Shown here: positions 60,134 through 64,000 of the stretch, piece by piece
Numbering within the stretch: the first letter of the stretch is position 1
Layout: each line of letters begins with the position of its first letter
Source: an uncultured beta proteobacterium
GTDB taxonomy: Bacteria; Pseudomonadota; Gammaproteobacteria; Burkholderiales; Burkholderiaceae_B
DNA length: 64,000 nt
Reading direction: 5' to 3'
NCBI GenBank assembly: GCA_903903735.1
Contig: CAIUZV010000391.1
Location: forward strand, 5,626-69,625
Program-made: the position numbers and the translations under genes
Notes under the pieces: model-generated
Told to the model about the DNA's origin: nothing
Database searches by the model: none
Seen by the model: only the letters and a program-made list of their open reading frames with translations

Positions 60134-61969
60134 TTAGTCAAGCTCGTAAGCGTTTTTATAGTCTTTAATCAAAGCCGGATCTTGATCTTCTTTACGCATC
60201 ACCGCATTGCCGACCACGAGCAACTCAATCTCCGTGCCCATCAAGCAATTGAATGAGTCCTCCGGTGTACAAACAATCGGCTCACCGCGAACGTTAAAAG
60301 AGGTATTTACCAACACAGGACAACCGGTCAACGCTTTGAATCGACTCAATAACGCAAAATACCTCGGGTTGGTGTGCTGGTGCACCGTTTGCACGCGCGC
60401 TGAATAATCCACATGCGTAATTGCAGGAATGGTTGAACGCGGGACGTTTAACTTATCTATGCCAAACAGTTTTTCTTGCTCGGGAGTCATCCGCAGTTGC
60501 TTTGATTTCGCAACATCGGCAACTAACAGCATGTATGGGCTGTCCGTCTCTAAGTCGAACCATTCGCTCACGTCTTCCCGCAGCACGCTTGGCGCGAACG
60601 GCCTGAACGACTCTCTATACTTCACTTTCAAATTAAGCTGCTTCTGCACCACCTCAGAACGTGGATCAGCAATGATCGATCGACCACCGAGTGCCCGAGG
60701 GCCGAACTCCATGCGCCCTTGATGCCAACCAACCGCTTTACCTTGGGCAAGCCCTTGCGCGGTAATGTCAATGAGCTCCTCATCAGAAACGGTAATGAAT
60801 ACGGCACCTGCCGCTTTGAGTCTTTGTTCTATGTCAGCTTGCGAATACTCGGGCCCAAGGTAAGAACCTTTCATCCCATCTGAGGGATTAATGATACGTG
60901 GTTGATTCAACATCAAATGGCAGGCCGCTAAGGCAGCGCCCAATGCTCCGCCCGCATCACCTGCCGCGGGTTGAATCCACAGGTTATCGAAAATGTTTTC
61001 TCTCAGTAGCTTGCCATTCGCAACGCAATTGAGTGCGACACCACCTGCCAAACAGAGATTCTTCAAGCCTGTTGATTTTCTGATGCCGCGCGCAAGCTTA
61101 ATCACCACTTCTTCAGTGACGGCCTGCACAGAAGCTGCCAAGTCCATTTCGCGTTGCGTCAGCAAACCTTCAGACTCACGGCGAGGGCCACCAAAGAGCT
61201 TATCAAAGCGCTCGTTGGTCATTGTCAGGCCGGTGCAGTAGTTGAAGTAGCTCATATCAAGGTGAAAAGAGCCGTCTTCTTTTATGTCGATCAAATGATC
61301 TTTGATCAGATTCGCATATTTTGGAACACCATACGGTGCCAATCCCATTACCTTATATTCACCCGAATTCACTTTGAAGCCGGTGTAATACGTTATGGCG
61401 GAATACAACAAGCCTAATGAGTGCGGAAACTTAATCTCTTTGTGCACCGAAAGTTGATTGCCTTGCCCGACTGCCAAAGAAGTTGTCGTCCATTCGCCCA
61501 CGCCATCCATGGTCAGGACAGCTGCGTCCTCAAAAGGCGAGGGGAAGAAAGCTGAAGCCGCGTGACTTAAGTGATGCTCAGAAAACAATAGACGTTCGGT
61601 CCAGTTGACGTCTTTACCGAAATGCTCAGCCAATGCATCTGTAATGACCCGTTTTTGAAAGAGCTTGTCTTTCAGCCAAACGGGTAGGGAGGTCACAAAG
61701 CTTTGAAAACCTCGGGGAGCGAATGCCAGATAGGTCTCTAGCAAGCGCTCAAACTTTACAAATGGCTTGTCGTAAAAGACCACATAGTCGATACCGCTCG
61801 CGCTTAAGCCAGCCTCGTTCAAACAATAAGCGATTGCGTGCTCAGGGAAACCCGCATCATGTTTTTTGCGTGTGAACCGTTCTTCCTGTGCCGCGGCGAC
61901 GATCTCGCCGTCCCGCACCAGACAGGCCGCCGAATCATGATAGTACGCAGAGATCCCGAGGATATGCAT
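60134..61969 (-). CDS. O-carbamoyltransferase (CmcH/NodU/TobZ/SxtI family)
   Basis: ILGISAYYHDSAA, QEERFTRKKH, EHHLSHAAS, DGVGE, GEYKVMGLAPYG, AGGVALNC, EFGPRALG.RS, KYRESFRPFAP, NTSFN. Confidence 0.95.
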   Translation of the reverse strand: MHILGISAYYHDSAACLVRDGEIVAAAQEERFTRKKHDAGFPEHAIAYCLNEAGLSASGIDYVVFYDKPFVKFERLLETYLAFAPRGFQSFVTSLPVWLKDKLFQKRVITDALAEHFGKDVNWTERLLFSEHHLSHAASAFFPSPFEDAAVLTMDGVGEWTTTSLAVGQGNQLSVHKEIKFPHSLGLLYSAITYYTGFKVNSGEYKVMGLAPYGVPKYANLIKDHLIDIKEDGSFHLDMSYFNYCTGLTMTNERFDKLFGGPRRESEGLLTQREMDLAASVQAVTEEVVIKLARGIRKSTGLKNLCLAGGVALNCVANGKLLRENIFDNLWIQPAAGDAGGALGAALAACHLMLNQPRIINPSDGMKGSYLGPEYSQADIEQRLKAAGAVFITVSDEELIDITAQGLAQGKAVGWHQGRMEFGPRALGGRSIIADPRSEVVQKQLNLKVKYRESFRPFAPSVLREDVSEWFDLETDSPYMLLVADVAKSKQLRMTPEQEKLFGIDKLNVPRSTIPAITHVDYSARVQTVHQHTNPRYFALLSRFKALTGCPVLVNTSFNVRGEPIVCTPEDSFNCLMGTEIELLVVGNAVMRKEDQDPALIKDYKNAYELD

Positions 61970-61972
61970 CGA

Positions 61973-62122
61973 TTAAAACAAGGTGTAAACGAAGGGTGCG
62001 ATAACTGACCCCTGCGCTGCAATCAGCAGAGCGCCCAGAATCACCATCACAATAATCAAGGGTGCCAACCATAATTTTTTGCGCACACGCAAAAAAGCCC
62101 ACAATTCTTTAATAAAAGACAT
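61973..62122 (-). CDS. Small single-TM protein, SxtK/DUF5989-like (49 aa; not in the ORF track)
   Basis: Manual translation: MSFIKELWAFLRVRKKLWLAPLIIVMVILGALLIAAQGSVIAPFVYTLF*. Lies 8 bp after the sxtJ-like stop and 3 bp before the carbamoyltransferase ATG. Confidence 0.88.
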   Translation of the reverse strand: MSFIKELWAFLRVRKKLWLAPLIIVMVILGALLIAAQGSVIAPFVYTLF

Positions 62123-62130
62123 GATTGACC

Positions 62131-62541
62131 TCAGTACTGGTTTTTAAATGAATCGCCTGGTGGGCCCGGCGGATCGCGACTAATCCAATACGTCTCACCA
62201 TTGCCGCGTTTAAGTTTTAGCTCATCGCGCCCCAGCAATCGGCCAATTAAACCAACAGGGGTAATTAAAAGATAAAAAATGATACCCAATACGATCGGGC
62301 TTACGACTCTACCCATCAACTCGCCGAGTTTGAACCACGCAAAATTGAGGGGGCGAAGAATTTTGGGCAAAAAAAGTGTCGCTAACCCAAAACAAACACT
62401 GGCGAGGGCAAAAACGCTTACAACAAGCTTTGACCAGTCTTTGTACGTACCGTAGCCCGCCGCGAGGGCGAACACCACTACAAATAACAAACCAAAACGC
62501 CGATCAGAGGGTAGTTGCGGTGCGTGCACGGCTGGGCTCAC
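62131..62541 (-). CDS. SxtJ-family membrane protein
   Basis: SDRRFG, LRPLNFAWFKLG..MG, ITPVG..RL.GRDEL, YWI.R. Confidence 0.88.
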   Translation of the reverse strand: MSPAVHAPQLPSDRRFGLLFVVVFALAAGYGTYKDWSKLVVSVFALASVCFGLATLFLPKILRPLNFAWFKLGELMGRVVSPIVLGIIFYLLITPVGLIGRLLGRDELKLKRGNGETYWISRDPPGPPGDSFKNQY

Positions 62542-62649
62542 TTACGTAAGAGTAATATCATATGTAATTGTACAGAAGAAACACTTATACATTAGTGCTT
62601 CAAGTGCTTGATTATCAAGCTTGTTTTACAAATTACAGTAAGAGCTCCT

Positions 62650-63147
62650 ATGGATTGGTATGTCATTCACACTAAGCCTCGACAAGAGATGCGCGCGCAG
62701 CAAAACTTATCCAATCAAGGCTATGAGACGTATCTTCCAATGATGAGACGTCAAAAACTGCGCCGCGGTTTGATCGAGATTGCTGAGGAGCCACTGTTCC
62801 CTAGGTATCTCTTTATTAGATTAGATGCAACGCACTCTGGCAAAAGCTGGGGGCCCATTCGCTCGACCCTTGGGGTATCGACGTTAGTGAGTTTCGGCAG
62901 TGTGCCAGCCAAGGCACCCGACAGTTTTATAGAGGTTCTAAAGCGACAAGCAGATGCGGTCAGTACCGCACCGAAATCAATCTATCAGGCAGGTGACAAA
63001 ATATTGATTACTTCGGGACCCTTCGCTGGCATTGAAGGTGTGTTTCAAATGGACGATGGCGAGTCACGCGCAATGCTTTTGATAGAGATGCTGAGCAAAT
63101 CTACCCAGATCAACGTACCGCTCGCCACGATCAGTAAGTGCAACTAA
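62650..63147 (+). CDS. rfaH: Transcription antiterminator RfaH (NusG paralogue)
   Basis: WYVIHTKPRQE.RA..NL..Q, PLFPRYLF, IRSTLGV, KOW motif GDKILITSGPFAG. Start at ATG 62650. Confidence 0.92.
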   Translation: MDWYVIHTKPRQEMRAQQNLSNQGYETYLPMMRRQKLRRGLIEIAEEPLFPRYLFIRLDATHSGKSWGPIRSTLGVSTLVSFGSVPAKAPDSFIEVLKRQADAVSTAPKSIYQAGDKILITSGPFAGIEGVFQMDDGESRAMLLIEMLSKSTQINVPLATISKCN

Positions 63148-63900
63148 CTAAATATTCATTTTATTGAATACAAAACGGGGAAGATGGCGAATGATCATCA
63201 TGATGACCCACCACTTTCCTGGTGCGTAAGCCTCTGGCGCACCTCGATCGATAGCCGCTACCATGCTTTGCGCCACCTCATCGACGGGTGCTGCCTTGAG
63301 GCCGTTAGCCACTAGAGCTGCTGTCATCGGTGTTTCAGTGGGACCCGGCTTGATGAGTACAACCTTAATCGCCGTCCCTGCAAAACGGTGCTGTAAACCC
63401 TGAACATAGCGTGTAACCAAGCCTTTGGCTGCACCATAAACATAATTTGACCGGCGCCCACGGTCTCCTGCAACAGAGCCAATGACGGCAAGCGTGCCTC
63501 GCCCAGCCAATTCCAAAGTCGTTGCGAAGGCTTCTGCGAACAACACGGCCGACACACCATTGATTATTAATTCATTTTGCGCATAAACAAGATCATTTTG
63601 AGCCCGCTGCTGGTCGCTCAGTGACCCGTGGGCAATCAGGACGATATCAGCTGCCCCGTCCGAGACAACTTGTTTTACGACGCGTTGAATTTCTTCTGGG
63701 TTTGTAAAATTAATCACTAAGGTCAGCACACTATTCTGTGTACCTCGTGCCTTCAAATCTTCTGCGACCCGATTTAAGCGCGAACTATCACGCCCAAGCA
63801 GAAAAAACTCAGTGTGTCCTTTCTGGGCCCAAATCCGCGCAGCATGCGTTGCAATTGCTGAGGTCGCACCAACAATCACTATCTTTTTATGTTCATTCAT
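63148..63900 (-). CDS. SDR oxidoreductase, DprE2-like (polyprenylphosphoryl-2-keto-pentose reductase)
   Basis: VGATSAIA, IGSVAGDRGRRSNYVYGAAK, KPGPTETPMT, C-terminal IMMIIRHLP; directly downstream of a DprE1-like gene. Confidence 0.78.
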   Translation of the reverse strand: MNEHKKIVIVGATSAIATHAARIWAQKGHTEFFLLGRDSSRLNRVAEDLKARGTQNSVLTLVINFTNPEEIQRVVKQVVSDGAADIVLIAHGSLSDQQRAQNDLVYAQNELIINGVSAVLFAEAFATTLELAGRGTLAVIGSVAGDRGRRSNYVYGAAKGLVTRYVQGLQHRFAGTAIKVVLIKPGPTETPMTAALVANGLKAAPVDEVAQSMVAAIDRGAPEAYAPGKWWVIMMIIRHLPRFVFNKMNI

Positions 63901-63901
63901 C

Positions 63902-64000
63902 TCAGGATCCCATTAGTCGCCGCGACATCTCGGAGCTAATGCCCGGATCGCGATAAGATAAAAATTCTACCAACCTAGGGTAGCCCGCCTCAAAGACTGC
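63902..64000 (-). CDS. C-terminal 32 aa of an FAD-dependent oxidoreductase, DprE1-like (truncated by the window edge)
   Basis: Manual translation AVFEAGYPRLVEFLSYRDPGISSEMSRRLMGS* matches the F...YPR..E......DP....S.M.RRL C-terminus of DprE1-type enzymes. Confidence 0.7.
   Translation of the reverse strand, partial: AVFEAGYPRLVEFLSYRDPGISSEMSRRLMGS

Noticed and set aside
60134-62541. Saxitoxin biosynthesis cluster, suggested by the sxtI/J/K-like genes
   Set aside because: No sxtA, sxtG or other core toxin genes are present, and the neighbours are glycosyltransferases.
62541-62550. Perfect palindrome cttacgtaag at the sxtJ-like start, in the rfaH divergent region
   Set aside because: A single 10-bp palindrome with no second copy noticed; many are expected by chance in 64 kb.
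955-63956. Numerous 60-135 aa ORFs nested in or antisense to long genes
   Set aside because: These are shadow ORFs of well-supported CDSs with no family motifs.
1-64000. CRISPR arrays, tRNA/rRNA genes, prophage or anti-phage defence genes
   Set aside because: No regularly spaced repeats, cloverleaf or rRNA-like segments, or matching protein motifs were seen by eye; short ncRNAs cannot be excluded without a covariance-model search.

Overview
The whole 64 kb window is one very large, mosaic cell-surface glycan island (LPS O-antigen/capsule/glycoconjugate) of a Gram-negative bacterium. A betaproteobacterial source is an inference from protein style only. Core machinery: a WaaL-like ligase, a WbpM/CapD + phosphoglycosyltransferase initiation trio, Wzm/Wzt, a second PglK/MsbA-like ABC exporter, many GT2/GT4/GT9 glycosyltransferases, VioA, WecB and RfaH. 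Decoration enzymes are unusually numerous: three AT3-SGNH O-acyltransferases, about six methyltransferases, about nine divergent GT-C-like polytopic membrane proteins, and an AT-rich cassette with WbqC and two 2OG-Fe(II) dioxygenases. A TPR-less GT41-like protein lies next to that cassette. There is a decayed IS3 element and probable gene remnants. Two hypotheses stand out. (1) In a carbamoyltransferase-SxtK-SxtJ module, the 49-aa SxtK/DUF5989 peptide (missed by the ORF track) ends in PFVYTLF, the F-x-Y-x-x-F tyrosine acyl-shuttle motif of DltX and AlgI; this suggests an MBOAT-independent route for carbamoylating an envelope polymer via an SGNH transferase. (2) A DprE1/DprE2-like pair at the right edge could supply polyprenyl-phospho-arabinofuranose to the GT-C array. 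No rRNA, tRNA or CRISPR array was seen. All family calls rest on motif recognition by eye, not database searches.
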